Positions 10,504 through 25,193 are shown, counted from the stretch's first letter. The stretch is DNA of 64,000 nt from Syncephalis fuscata S228 (GCA_025786725.1 JAHLTZ010000024.1:379509-443508), one strand, 5' to 3'. Notes: generated by a model from the sequence alone, not told the origin. Numbers and translations: made by a program.

Positions 10504-12479
10504 CCAATTTGGCTGTTGACTTGTTGAGTGCAAACTTGTAATGAATCAAGCACTTCATCCAGTGAAGTTGTATTATCATTATTAGAATCACCTGTGTTGC
10601 TGTTATCCGCAAGATTGGCTGCAAAAATAGGCATGACAGGAGAGGTGTTTTTCTTGTACACACGCACTTTGTAGGCAGGCTCAGTATGAACACGTATCAG
10701 AGCTGGTGTGGGAGCCAGTGAAAATTTAAGTGTACCGCTATTTGTACGAAGAAAGCTAAGCCGATGACGATGGTGTCGATGGACCGTTGTTGGGGGCGTG
10801 TCATCATCGTCGTTAGCCTCTTCTTCGTTTGATGTTGCATCATCAGCTTCATCCTTCATTGCTGCTCGTCATAGCCGTCATCGTTATCGTCTACTGGTTG
10901 GGCACCATCAACAAACGCAAATGGCTCTTGGGATTCTTCCAGTATGTAGAAATCCGCCGCATTATCTTTAGTACTTTCCTCGATATCTTTTTCACCTGTT
11001 TCATCCTCAGTCAGTTCAGGTAAAGCGCTGATAGGGTCGGTTGCGGTAATATCCAATGCATCAAGTATTTCACTGGCTGTAGATGCATCCGTCTCTTCTG
11101 TACAAATGCCCACTTTACTATTTAACGTGACATCAGCATCTTCGGTAGGTGTTTTAGAGTCTTCAACTGCATTGTCTGCAGGCAATACCGCATTATAATC
11201 TTCTTCAGTAGACACAGGGCTATCATTGACTAAATCGTTATTTTCTGAATTTGAAACTACCTTGCAAGTAATAGTCGTTTCTTTAGCAACAATGTTCTGT
11301 TCAGTTGGGCTGTTTAATACACTATCTACATGGTGCTCCTCCTCATTAGTATTCTCTTCTTCAGCCTCAACAATTAAATTGTTATTTTCCTCAATGTCTT
11401 CTTCAATAGCATAGCCGGTGTCAGTTGCTTTTTCACCATCTTTTCCCATTTTAGTTAAGTTAGCAGTGTTTGTTTCATTAGAGCTACGATTTGTACGCAA
11501 TTTGTTGCGAAGTGTCAATAGCTCGCCATCGGCAAACTTTTTGGTTAATCGGCGCATCTGACGACCAGCTTGTTTGAAGCGTGCCTTTTGTCCAGATTGT
11601 TTGTCTGATTTAACAGTCTGTTCATCTTCTAAAAGCATTGATGTATCAGCTTCTGCTACTACCACATCAGTCGATTCATTAGATAGGCGAAGCAATTGTG
11701 CGTTAAAAGTATCAATGTCCAAAGTAGATGTATCCTCATTTACTGCATTAATTAAAGCAGATGAGTTATTTTCTTCGGTAGCCAATTCATTTGAGGCATC
11801 TAACAATATCGGCTGTGTGTCAGCATCTTCAGCTATTGTCAGATCGAGTTGTGATGAGGCACGTCGACGAAATATATCGGTCATGGCACGTTTAAACGAT
11901 TTTGCAGACATATTTGACGTGTTGGATGTAGAGGCCAACATTGGTGTTGGCAGTATTGAGTTTGTGGAAACGGAAGATGATACCGATGAAGAAACCGGTT
12001 GATTATCTTTTGCCTTGTTTGGATTTGTCTAAACGACAGAAAATCAAAGATTGAATATTAGTAACATTAAATTGATAGGAAGGAAAAGAGAGAGAATAAT
12101 GAGCAAAGTAGAGGACATAATAACAAGCCATGCGTTTTTCGAGTCACGCTGACTTGGATATCATGCATGCATGCCATGTCCACTTCTATTTTAGTAAACC
12201 GCTATCAAGTCACTACAAGTGATTGTCTCCATTGCCAGCAATAAAGAAAAAGTAACTTACTGGCACATCAATTGATGCAACTGTTGGAGTAACAGGTCCG
12301 GTGGATGCCGCACGTCGTCGGCGAGAGAACTGTGTTGCCAGTCCGCTAACGACACTAAGACCAGAAGTAGATTTTATATTTTTGCCCTTATTATTCTTGT
12401 TGGTATCTGATTGCGCCTCATTGGTATTACTGACCGATACCGGCCGGCGGCGACGAGTAGTTTTTGATAGAATATCCAT
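10500..12479 (-). CDS. Acidic, low-complexity (likely disordered) protein of unknown function; 2 exons, intron ~12029-12260
   Basis: Exon 1 MDILSKTTRRRR...SIDVP, GTAAGT donor, TTTAG acceptor in frame with ORF 10856-11941; a 1-nt frameshift near 10866 joins it to ORF 10500-10859. Confidence 0.7.
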
Positions 12480-15400
12480 TGAAATAAAGTACGGTGTTTT
12501 TAGTTAGTTAGTTGGCTAGTTAGTTAAAGGCCGTCCAAGAGCGTGGGATGCAAAAAAGTGACAGCGGAAATAGAACAAAAGAAAAGACTGAGTGGAAGAA
12601 CTGAGCGATATATATGAATATCAGGAATGATAAAAGCGGTAAAGATATGAGTTAAACAATAAAGAAGCAGAAAAGGAGAGACTTAAGAATAGAAATGTTT
12701 TAGCTTAGGAACGGAATACACAGGTGGTGCTGTTGTCGTTGTTGTTGTGGCTATTAGTACTGTATGGGTAGAAATGGCCTATTTTCCGCGTGACTTGCTA
12801 GAAGATCAATGGAATGTGAGGTGAATTACACACATATACGCCTACGAAGAGGGGGTGCAGTAGTATACTGAGAGTATCAAAATAAAATGTCAAAAGGGGA
12901 AAAGAATCTGCACTGAAGCAGTAATAATAGTAACGGCAATAATAGTAACGGCAACGACGAGTGAAATGAAGCAATAGTGGACAATGGATTAGGCTACAGA
13001 ATGACTGATGGCAGTGTAAACAATTAACCGTAAGTGTACAAAACGGACAAGGCCTTCACTGTGTGTATGTATCTCTGTAGTCGATGTAAACGATGGTGTG
13101 TAATACAGCAGAAGCAGCGATGGATGTGAAAGAACGTGCGAGTACAAATGGTGCACAACGTTCGTACAATGTCTGTCGAACAGATATATTGATAGTGACA
13201 AATCAAATGGCTGGCCAGATAAAATTGACCACCAAACGATATGAAATGGTGGTTGCTGAGCCCTTAAAGGTGACAGCCAACAATTTGGTTTTGTATTCGC
13301 TGTTGATAGTTGATACAATAAAAGGCAATTTTATATAAATTTATGCGGTGGCAAAAGGCCGTATTCGTTTTCAAAACTTGGATTAACCTCGGTTGAAGCA
13401 GCAGGATTTACGTAGAATAGAGTTTTATTTGAACAAAAGGATTTGGTGGGAAAAAAGTATATGTGGCTGATGGTAGGCAATGTTAACAGTAAAATAAAAT
13501 GGAGATGATTTGAGTAAAACTGCCAAGTGTTTTTATTATGTACTGCCAAAACGAGCGTATTCTTTGTTTCAACCATTGGTGCTGCTTTTGCCGTGCTGTT
13601 TTTGTCTGTCTGTTCTCCGAATAGGAGACTGTGCATGTGGTTTGTGTCTTTCGTCATTGAGCACCAATCCAAGTGCAGATTGATTTGCGATTACTAAAAT
13701 GGCCTATTTTTGCACTTCACATAAAGAGAGGTAAAAAAAAATGTACTGCATCTGGTATGCAAGAAACATGACGACTTTCTCTTGCTTGTTATTACTCACA
13801 GTTCATAAATAACTTGCATAGATACTAATAGATTCTATAACAATGCATGTCGGTGTTATAGTGCTGTGCATGCAGAAACAGTGTATTTGTTGTTTTTATT
13901 GCTGCTATTCTTGAATAAAAATATGGTTAGACATTTTTAAAGCAAAACTGATGATCTATCGACGCCGAGAAATAACAGGAATATTTCAGTTCTGGGCACA
14001 GGTCTAGCAGCAAGGGTCGCTAACTTTCGGAAGGAAAGATAAAAGGAAAAACGGCGCGTGACTACAGCACGCTGATTCGCTGTTGTTTAATAAACCGTCA
14101 CAACTGTACGACATTTGGATGAAATGTGCTTTTTTAAACAGATGAAAACTAGTATGTATTGCCATAATAAATTAACAGCGTGGAATGGTATAATTTCGTC
14201 ATTTATTGATTACTGTAGTTATTTTATAAATTATTTCATCCACAGTCATGATAAAAGTAATTCATTTACTTCATTAATAACATGTCTACATTTTCTAATA
14301 AAATCTGTTTTAAAAGTGTTTTATTGCAAACGGCAATCAATAAATGCAACGCCTGAGAACAAGCTCAAGTTAGAGGTGCGGTATAGGCTGTTGGAATGAA
14401 GTGTGGTTGTTAGTCATGTGTTTGCATTTAAGCATGATTAACTAAATATGGTAATTAATGTCAGGCAAATACCTGACGGTCAGGGTCTTGGACATATTGA
14501 ATGAATGCGGTGTAAACACACGCATTATTTCAATATAGGCAAAAGGACGTTTTTCAATCAACCAGTCGATATTTTTGAAAAATTATATAGCCTTGCTAGG
14601 AGGGGCAATTTGGGCTGCAATGCTGGTATTTTAAGATTGGCAAAATCAATTGATGGGCGGTAGTGACTGCTATAATGCTTGTGCACTGTAATTTGATCTT
14701 GCTTTATGACGCTTGATTTAGAAAGTTGAAGTTTCGACGGCAAAGGGCTTGCTAATTCGGGGCAAACGTATTCGAGAGCAGTAATACCAAAGAAACGCTG
14801 TTTAATAAAGCGGGTTGACACAGGACGAGATGCTGCCTATAGGCTAGTGATTATTGCTTGGATGGGCAAATTGACGGGGACACACTATCAAAGTTGTTGT
14901 CGACGCTAGTAATGGCTGAAATTGATTGATTGTAAGCAGTAGATATGAAGAAAATTCAGCAATAAGAATCAATAAAATTTGGTTTGCTGAAGATGATGTA
15001 GAAATGAGGAGTACGAGATAGCTGAAGTGTGATGATAATGTATAAAGTAGTAGTAATTAGCGCGCGTATTTATAGTCAATTGACGTGTTGTTATCCCCAA
15101 TATCACGCGATAATGTCATTCAAATGATTGGTATCTAATTTAAATTTGTTTATTTTTGGCAATACTTATTAAGGAATTAACATATGAAGCGATGCATAAT
15201 TAGAACGTGGCCATTTTGGATTGCGTAGGCAAAATATAAATTGGACAATTTATTGGATAAAGCAAATACGTAATTTGTGTACACATAACGTTATTATAAT
15301 TTCTACTGTTATAATGTTTTTTATTTTATTTTTATTAAGTTTATTGAAGTTTGAATAATGTATAGCGAAGTAAATGATCAATTACATTAGGATCAGTATA

Positions 15401-16973
15401 AAAACGCGGGTACCTATGATTGAATATTGCCGGCACTGACGTGAGAACAAGCAAATTAAACATCCGATCCAGAGTTATTTCCGAAGCCGTAAATATTCCA
15501 ATACGGCAATCGCATGAACAATTAAGTGCCATGTTTCAGAAATGTTTTATTTAAATCTCCGTTATTACTAACGTTCTGTTGTTTATTATTCACTTTCATA
15601 GTATCCATCTAAAAGAATGGTTTATTTTCGTTCGTTCAATCACTAAAACAGACTAAAGTTTATTTTATTAGAAGAAAAGATGGAACTGGCTGATTTAGCC
15701 TGTTCCGTTGCCTACAACTAGCGGCATTCCAATTTCTTGGCCATGCTATTAGCGACGAACTGTACAGTTAATAGCAATTCGTTCGCTGTATAGACTTTTA
15801 GCTTTACTTTATGCGTTCCTGTGTAATATCATATATTGTTTTGTACATGATAGAAAAACTAGTGTATGGACATTGCCCATAGTGGACATTAAATATGAAA
15901 AAGTAATATGTTATTATTGAAATAAAATAGGGAATGCAACACAACATGAGGGAAACATTTGTATTAGTAGTTTACAGCTACCGTTCAGTTATAAATACAA
16001 AGGTGAATTAGACGTAACATAAAGTTAAAAGCATAATATTATTACAGTTTTGATGTTCCGGACAGGGTCTTGTGAAAGTGTGCCCAAGAAATATACCGTG
16101 TGATCGATTACCAGAATAATATATCTATCGGATATTAGTACCGATTACTAGTAACAAATGTCTATTACGACAATACGACAAGTAGCTACTTGTTAGTTGT
16201 GAGCATATGAGCAGTCACCTGAATTAATATGCTGTGCTAATGATAAATACTACAAGGCATCCCAGTTCTATTACTAGTTATGTTTACTATATAATGATAG
16301 CTTTATTCAATATCAATAAGAAATAATCAAGTTTCTAGTCCAATATTATTTCTACTTAGTGTCATACAAGTTATTTAGTTTATTATAGTTAAACTGTGAT
16401 AATTAATGACCAATAAGAAATAGTTTTATTATAAAAGCAATACAACCAAACAACACATTTATTCTAAGCGTTAAGGTAAGCCTTAATAAGCATCATAAAT
16501 TAACGCTATAGGATAGCGACAGGATAATGTGTCGCTTGGTCATCCAAGTTGCGATTTCTAAAGTTAGAAGCGTAGTAATATGACTTAAATTTATTAAGAT
16601 AACACATGCTAGCATAGCGACCTCATCAAATCTACAATAAAGAATTTTTATTTGTACTTGATAGTTTTAATTAAACAGCAATAATTGCTGTTATAAATAA
16701 CGACTGATATTATTGTGTTGGCAGGTAATAAAGCAGTGAGGTAACGTAATTTAAATCATAAATGTTTTTATTATGATTTGGTAGTAGTGTTACAATAAGA
16801 ATGTTTGTAATAAACTTGATCAATAGTAGTTTATACTCTTTTGCCAAAGTTTAATTTAATTGACAATGCTTATCTAGCGATTTATTAAAATTTGATCGTA
16901 TTAACGCCTTCGCGATATTAGCAAATAAAATCATAAATTTACAACAGACTGCACACAGCCAATCACAGTGTAA

Positions 16974-17013
16974 GGAACATCCTGGAAAACCGTGGAACTT
17001 TTTTGTTGATTCT
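16974..17013 (+). promoter_or_regulatory. Putative step-type heat-shock element, with flanking CCAAT boxes, upstream of the Hsp40 gene
   Basis: GAA at 16975, 16985 and 16995 (10-bp period), TCC at 16980 and TTC at 17010 in register; CCAAT at ~16959 and ATTGG at ~17022; ~430 bp upstream of the DnaJ ATG. Confidence 0.45.
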
Positions 17014-17426
17014 AATCGTTCATTGGCCGATTGCTTAAAGCAAAAGAATTTGATGGAATAAAAAAGAAGTTTTACCGATGCCATTACGCTCAATTACCAA
17101 CATCTGTGCTTAGTGTGAGAGCAAGGAGTGTAAACATGTTCACAAATAAAAAATAAATATTAACGGCGCTTCTTTTAATTCAAAGTCTTGTTCTTTTCGT
17201 TTTATTCTCTTCTCTTCTTTATAAAAGAATTGTGCGCAGGCACATCAGTGTAGGCAAGTATCAGTTGGCGAGTTATTTGGTGTTGTTTATTTTCTATTTC
17301 ATCGCTGCGTTGGTTCATTGCGATCGTCTTGCTTATACGATTGCATTATAGACATAACAACACTGCTACCATCGGTGTTTTGAAATCCGACGTAATCAGC
17401 CGTTTATTCATTCAAATAACGTCAAT

Positions 17427-18746
17427 ATGGTTAAGGAAACCGCGTATTACGATTTGTTGGGCGTGTCTCCTGATGCTAGCGCTGCCGAATTGAAGAAAGG
17501 CTACCGCAAACAAGCATTAATCTACCATCCAGATAAGGTAATAATTGTAGCATTATAAAATAAAATAAAAATGCACTATATGCTAGTGTTTCGTCAATAG
17601 ATGCATGTAATTACAATCTCTAACGATAAACTTATGTTAGAATCCGGATGAGGGCCACAAATTTAAGGAAATCTCTCATGCCTACGAAGTGTTGAGCGAT
17701 GAGCAAAAGCGATCTGTCTACGATCGTCATGGTGAGGCTGGTTTGTCGAATGACAACGGCATGGGCGGCGGCATGGGCGTTTCTCCTGAAGACTTGTTTG
17801 CGCAATTGTTTGGCGGTGGTGGCCGTCGTCCAACTGGACCTCGTCGTGGCAAAGACGTGACACATCAATTGAATGTCAGTCTAGAGGACTTGTTCTTGGG
17901 CAAAACATCCAAGCTTGCTTTGCAAAAGACCGTTCTTTGCAAAGGTTGCGACGGCAAGGGTGGCAAAGAAGGCGCAGTTCGTACTTGTACCGCTTGCCGT
18001 GGTTCTGGTGTACGCGTTACAATCCGCCAAATGGGCATGATGGTCCAGCAAATGCAGACTAGCTGTGACGAATGCCAGGGAGAAGGCGAGATTATTAATG
18101 CCAAGGACCGCTGCAAGGACTGTATGGTCGTAAAGTCAAGCAAGAGCGTAAAGTACTTGAAGTTCATATCGACAAAGGTATGCGTTCTGGTCAACGCATT
18201 ACTTTCCACGGTGAAGGTGACCAAATGCCTGGTATTATTCCTGGCGATGTTGTTATCGTCATCGAGGAAAAGCCACACGATCGTTTCCGTCGTCGTGGCG
18301 ATGATCTTTACTACGATGCCAAGATTGATCTGCTAACGGCATTGACGGGTGGACAGTTTACGATTAATCATTTGGACAATCGTCAATTGTTGGTCAACAT
18401 TATACCAGGCGAAGTTATCAAGCCTGATGAAGTCAAGGCTGTTGCCGAGGAAGGCATGCCTGTTCAACGTCATCACAGCCGTGGTAATTTATACATCAAG
18501 TTTAGCATTGATTTCCCTGAACCAAACTGGGCCACACCAGAGCAAATGCAACAACTTGAGACTATTTTACCATCACGCAAGGCAATTGAACCACCTAATG
18601 GCAAGGAAGTGGAGGAAGTTGTACTATCGCACTTGGATGCCTCACAGCGCTCCAAGGCTGAACGTGGCATGAATGGCGGTCCTGATGATGACGAAGATGA
18701 CGACGGCCACGGCCATGGTCCAGGTGTTCAGTGCGCACAGCAATAA
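17427..18746 (+). CDS. YDJ1: Type I DnaJ/Hsp40 (Ydj1/DNAJA), farnesylated
   Basis: [13 protein letters not shown]...HPDK J-domain, intron 17538-17640, G/F region, four CxxC zinc-finger motifs (the fourth disrupted by the frameshift), C-terminal CaaX CAQQ; 1-nt frameshift near 18125. Confidence 0.95.
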
Positions 18747-20175
18747 GAAACGCATTGAGATGTGACTGTGTTTACATTCAATTATTTGTTATTTCGGTCA
18801 TTCATTTCGTTCTTATGACCACGTTTCTATGCGGCATTCTTCCCCCCTCCCATCTTCTCTTTTCTGAAAAAAGCCTTTATTACTACGCATGCTGTGTGTG
18901 TATGTGTGTGTACGTGTGTCTACTTTCCCTTTCATTGCCACTTTTTCTGTTCTGCGCCTTTTCAGCATTGCTACCCTGTTATTCTAGACATCATTCCTGT
19001 GTGCTCTAGTGTTACACGCTCTGTTGCGTCATGATTGGCGATTCACGTCGAATACCCGGTCAGTCATGATGCAGTATAACGCTTTTATTGATTGTGGCAC
19101 TATGTGAAATGAACAAAGACAGTTTTTTTAATTTTAAGCACTAATAAGATTATTCGGTACTATTCTATTGTCGTGTGTATTCCCCTCAACGTTGCGACAT
19201 TTGCCTTTTCTATCGCTAAAACAAAGCAAAACTGCAAAAAACAAGCCTTGTTTGCCTTAACCGGAGGCAGCATTAGTACCCACGTGGTGTTATTTTCATC
19301 AAGATCTGATCAATCAACATACTAAATACATCTATGAATGATCGATAATGCAGATAATGCAGTTGTTTGTTATTGTACTGTGTTACTTAATATTTGGATA
19401 GATAGATTAAATAAAGTATATAGATTGTTTAAATAACACTGTAGTGATTAAATACCAATAATTAGTGACCGATTAAATGTAAAAAACGGAGATTAATAAA
19501 CCAGTATTGAAGTTAGTATTTTTGCACGTTTCAAACAAAAATAAATCTAGTTACTGCCACATGTCCATGTGTTTATCGGACTTGAATTGCTATTGACCGA
19601 ATTGGTCCACTAAATTTGCACCTCTATGGTTGTTGCTATAAAGTGGTGTTGGTATTTCTGCGCAGTGCTTTCTAGGGACATCGTTACTTTTCTTCCTACT
19701 TGGACGCCTAGCGTCCACTCGATATTTACACAAATACGCGTTTATTATTTACAATACTAGTTAGTTACGCACCTACCTTCGATTCAACCATTCTGCACGG
19801 ATTGATAACTTTTGCCAATCCTATATTGTTTAGGTAAGTAGCCGTTTAGCTATTTTTGTTTTTTATGGCCATTATTAGCGTATGTATGTATTTATGTAGT
19901 ACTAGTAATAAAGCACGACATACACTGTTGTATGGCGCGATACTTGCCATGCTCAATGTATGGCCTCACATAGCATGATAGTACCAGTTTTTTCGGTCTA
20001 TTTTACAAAAGTGACCAAACTTGTTATAAATAACGTTTATACAACATGCGTACTATTAATGGACACGCACTTATTCTTTGCTAACGACCTTTTATTTTTT
20101 ATTTGCTTTACGCTATTTCTTTTTTATAGTAACGAATATAAACAATTGCTTCAATAGCTAATTAACAATAACGAT

Positions 20176-21671
20176 ATGTCAAGAAAAGGCTCGTACAGTA
20201 GCTTTGGCAATGGTGGCTCCATCATTGAAAAGGGCAGCGCCATAGCCGGTGCACCCGAGCCACACATGGGCTTATTTAGCGGTGTGACAATGATTGTCGG
20301 TCTTATCATTGGCTCTGGTATCTTTGCTTCGCCCGGTCCACTCTTCATCCAGGCTGGGTCGTATCAATGGCCCTTATTGTTTGGCTAGTCTCTGGTCTAC
20401 TTTCCATGCTGGGTGCCTTTTGTTATGCTGAACTCGGTACATTGATCACCAAATCCGGTGGTGAATACCAATACTTGAAATCAGGCTTCGGCCCATTAAT
20501 GGGTATCATCTACACTTGGTCCAATGTGATGCTTATCAATCCAATTGGTACCGCATCAATTGCCGTCGTCTTTGCTCGTTACTTGCTAACGCTGATCTAC
20601 TTCCGACCAAGCATGGATCCCGATCATATGCTAACACCACCTGATTACCAAATCAAGCTTGTCGCCTGTGCCGCCATTCTATTGATTACCATCATCAACT
20701 GTTTGTCACAAAAGAGCGGCAATATGGTGCAAAACGTATTTACGATGGCCAAGTTACTTGCCATTGCTATTATCGTTGTTGTTGGTATTGTCTGGCTTGG
20801 CAAAGGTGAAGTGCACAACTTCAAGAATGGTTTCCACGGCAGTAGTACCCAGCCATTAGAGTATGGTACTGCAATGTATATGGCTCTATTCGCTTACAAT
20901 GGATGGAATAACCTTAACTACGCCACTGGTGAATTGAAGAACCCACGTCGTAATCTGCCATTGGCCATTACCATCTCCTGCTTGCTCGTCATTGCTTGCT
21001 ACGAATTGGCCAACGTGGCCTACTTTGCCGTCTTGCCAGTCGAAGTCATTCGCAACTCGTCTACTGTAGCTATGCAACTCGGTCTACGTACCATGGGTGC
21101 ATTTGGTGGTTATTTCATGGCCGCCATGGTCGTATGCTCGACATTCGGCGCCATGAACGGCAATATGTGGGCTGCTTCTCGTCTTATCGTTGCCAATGCC
21201 GAGGAAGGTACTGTCTTCCCCAAGTCATTGGGTCACTTGCACGCCACTCGTAACTCGCCTGTACGCGCCTGGATTCTTGTCGCCATCATGTCGATGATTC
21301 TAACGCTTCCTGGTGACTTTACCTACTTGGCCAATATCTACGCTTTCTTATTGTGGATCTTCTACTTTTTGACTGTGGTTGCCCTATTGATCCTACGCCG
21401 CACGATGCCTGATACACCACGTCCATTTAAGATCTGGTGGCCACTTGCCTGTCTATTCTTGGTTGTTGCTGCCTACTTGGTCGTCGCACCACTTATTGGT
21501 TCTGCTTCAAGTGTTGGTGTCTATGTGGGCTGCATTGCTTGCTGCCTAATTGGTGTACCTATCTGGTACTTCCGCGTGCGCAATCCTGAACGTGGCCAGC
21601 GTTGGTTCGGCTGCTTCTCACGCAGCGGTCGTAGCAATGCAAATGTCACCACATCAGTTGTTGCCAACTAG
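20176..21671 (+). CDS. APC-superfamily L-type amino acid / methionine permease
   Basis: IIGSGIFASPG, CYAELGT..KSGGEY.YL and LFAYNGWNNLNY.TGELKNP motifs, ~12 TM segments; frameshift near 20360; probable 5'-UTR intron ~19833-20129. Confidence 0.92.
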
Positions 21672-21794
21672 AATGTCTATTTGCACTAGAGTCACTTCCA
21701 TGCTTTCAACACAACTTTCACAGATATATTACTATATAAAGTATTACATTAAAAATGATTTATTTCGCACATTACTGCCATTAGACAAATGTAA

Positions 21795-23503
21795 TTAAAC
21801 GATTGGTGTGCGATAGATCATAGCATCGCGGCGCACACCTACACCAATCCATTCAATATGAACGCCCAAAACTGTTCTATACGCAGCACGTAGCTTTGTG
21901 CATTCTTTGGTAGTTCTCAAAGCTACGACACGATGAAATTCTTGTTTCCAGCCAGGTAGTGTCTCATACTCACTTCTACTTGTTCTAAATCATGGAGGTC
22001 CGCTATTGATCACAAGTTAATAAATAGAATTGTCATCAATTATTTACATTTACCAGGGAATGATGTCAATAGCTGTCCATTAAGTTTATAAGTAGTGCCG
22101 ATTTTAATCTCATCTAACTGGTCCAAAACATCAAGCTTTGTAAGATTAAGACTATAGAAAGTTAATAAAAGCAATTTATTGCAATAATATAGCTACCTAG
22201 TATATCCATTGACGATCGTTGAGTATTTCAACACTACTAGATCTAACCAGCCACAGCGTCTACGACGACCAGTAGTCACGCCATACTCAAAACCAACTTC
22301 TTGCAAGTAATGGCCCGTCTCCTATTATTATTATTGTTGTTGTTATATCAGTTATGTTGTGTATATTGATAAAATAACATACATTTAACTGTTCAGTGGG
22401 AAAGGACCAGCACCAACTCGTGTAGTATATGCTTTAACTACGCCAATAGTCTTGGCGATCTTTTGAGGTGGAATGCCTAAACCGGTACATACCCGCCAAT
22501 ACCGCAGTTGGATGATGTAACAAATGGATATGTACCAAAGTCCAAATCCAACATCAATGCATTGGCACCTATTAATACTGTTAGTAATTATTTAATATCT
22601 GTTATTAGCAATATTTACCTTCAATAAGAACACGTTTACCACTGCTAATGGCCTCGTGCATATAAATAACTGAGTCGACCACCATTGGCTTTAAACGAAT
22701 GGCCCATTCCTTGTAACGAGCTAGTTCAGCCTCAATATCATAGTCGAAATCACCATAGCGTTTATGACGATTGCCAACAATGGTACGGAAGCGCGACTCA
22801 AACTCAGGCCAGTTGTAAAGATGATGTATACGAAGACCAGATCGGCTTGCTTTGGATGAATAAGTAGGTCCAATACCACGCTTAGTTGTACCGATACTAG
22901 CATAACAACCATATTGGCCACTATTATCGCTAATGATCGTCTATTGATCTTACCTGCCACCTCCAAGCTCGGCCTCTTTAATACCATCAACTATTTGATG
23001 GAAATCAAAGACAAGATGCGCTCTATCCGACACTAAAAGACGGCCGTTACAATCAAGTCCTTTCTGTTCTAGATCGGCCAGTTCTTTGAATAGCGATGGC
23101 ACATGTACAACGACTCCGTTGCCAATTAATGCAATGCATTTTGGATTAACAAGGCCTAGCGTCGATGCCAAACAAAGACAGAGACGAATAATTACATGGT
23201 ATTTGGTTGGTTGTGTAAGTCTATGAAACGCACTCGAATGCTACTTACCCGAAGGCAATAGGTGAAAGCTGTACTTTGTATCGCCAACAACAATTGTGTG
23301 GCCGCATTGTTACCGCCCTAAAAGCATGGCCACCGTTAGAAAGTGCTGGGTTGGCTGGACTGCACGCTGCGTAGCACTGTAGCAACGATACTAACCTGAC
23401 AACGGGCACAGATATCCGACTCCTGTGCCAGTAAATCGGACAGCTTGCCCTTGCCTTCATCTCCCCATTGCGTACCAAGCACCACGGTTACGTTATCAGT
23501 CAT
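21795..23503 (-). CDS. ADE12: Adenylosuccinate synthetase (multi-exon)
   Basis: [80 protein letters not shown] and LTKLDVLD motifs; several single-base indels break the frame. Confidence 0.95.
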
Positions 23504-24357
23504 GGCTAGCAACTAAAGCAAGTAAGCAAGCACAGGCAGTAATGTCAAATAGTAAAAACGGAAGCAAAGTAGAATGACGCGCAGTTAGAATAAAAAGCGA
23601 TATGATCTTTAATCAATCTGTTTTTATTAATTATCATCAAACTTATTCATATCATTGGCTGATAGCAAATTTGATATTTTTTGTAGCGCAGTGGACAATT
23701 AAAATAGCCAAAATTGGTGATAATCCAGGTACTAATTGTCTTCATAGTTACTTTTAAATATGACTGCACTTTAAAAATATATTATTTTAGATTATATACA
23801 TTTATGAAGCATATAATGTAAGTTGACTTATATATACACTAGCAAAAGAGCAATACAGTTATACTGTGGCGTATTCTAGTTAGTAAATGAAACTCAGTTT
23901 TTTTGCTGTGAATTATGATGCTGAGTTTTATTACTAAATATTAGTTAGATAAAAAATAAAACACTATAATCAAGTAAGTGAAAATGTGTGAATATCGGTG
24001 ATGAAGTTGTAATGTGTATGGCAGCGATATGAATAGATGTCTACAATAAATACAGTCAGCAATAAGCAAACAGCGTTTATTAATGAAATGTAATCAATAG
24101 AAAATATACTGGTATATATTATAATGAACGGATAAGGTGCAGTTGAAGAGGTAAGAGTATATGATGGAATGACATTATCATAGTAAATGAGGTTTTTATT
24201 ATTTAAGTCAAGTTATAGTAGCATAAATACAAGCAATAATATTAATATCTCACCTTTGGATCTATACAACAAAACAGTTAAAGGCCAAAATAGCAGCTCA
24301 TTCAATGATAGTATACAAAAATGTATTTTAAAATGTACGCTATAAACATGTAGTAAT

Positions 24358-25193
24358 TTGTATAAACTTGTCTATACTTGTCAAGAATATGCCTAATTAA
24401 ATAAAACACAGTAATGTTTGCTTGATAAATTAGAAAATGACGCGTTTTACGCATAGACTAGTAAGATATATTGCAAACAAACCCTCTGTACCAATCTATA
24501 ATAAACATTGATGCAGTAACAGTACTGGGCCAGAATAAGCAGTGCAAAAACAGGGAATAATACATATTGTAAAATAATAATGCTAAAAAGCAGTACTGAT
24601 GAATTAGAATGTTTAGTTAGTGGAAAAGAGCAAAGAGGAGGGCATTTGATGACAAGGTAACAACGCATATAGTCGCTACAGTCATTGTATTGGCAACTGC
24701 ACATACAGTAGCTGTATACAACAAATGTAGTGGCTATATACTGCCAAAGTCGCTGTATGCTTCAGTTTGCCATAGATTGTCACTACAGATTGCTTTGACA
24801 ACAGCCTTTACAGTCTCGACAGTAGTATATTGCACTGCCACTGTTGAGATTGTAGAACTATTGCTAACTGACTTGTAACGGCGACCTATGGTAAAAACAA
24901 AGCATACAACAAGATTTCGACAGCATATGCTTAAAGCAACATAAAACAAGCCAGGAATGCATTTACCGTGTCAAAGAGGCTGTCAATACCAATGATCAGA
25001 GTGAATAAGGTGATTTGAAAAAGGTAAGATTAAAGAAGAGCAATGCAAGAGAGTAATGTAAATAGTGTTTGCACTTGACTAGTAGTCAGTAGTTACTGAC
25101 ACTATCTATGTAGCATATATGAAATGCACAGTGTATGCAATGGGTGATGCTGTCAAGTGTGAAGAAAGAGAAAGAAAAGCGTGTGGCGTAGAT
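24358..25193. repeat. Dispersed ~835-bp repeat, copy 2
   Basis: Direct, near-identical copy of 8137-8971; intron-like segment 24886-24966 retained (GTAAAT donor). Confidence 0.92.

Noticed and set aside
12500-16900. ORFs of 60-113 aa in the long intergenic region
   Set aside because: No recognisable motifs, mostly non-ATG starts and no consistent splice structure; treated as non-coding.
19030-19072. Possible SECIS element (ATGA...TGA) in the DnaJ 3' region
   Set aside because: The ATGA/TGA belong to a canonically paired TCATGA stem, there is no properly placed apical AA, and the upstream gene has no in-frame TGA.
21795-23503. Adenylosuccinate synthetase as a pseudogene (purine auxotrophy of a parasite)
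   Set aside because: Catalytic motifs and splice sites are intact and the lesions are the same 1-nt indels seen in most genes of the window, so sequencing error is more likely.
8137-25193. The two 835-bp direct repeats as LTRs of a retrotransposon
   Set aside because: They are 16 kb apart, enclose ordinary housekeeping genes, lack TG...CA ends, and no gag/pol is present.
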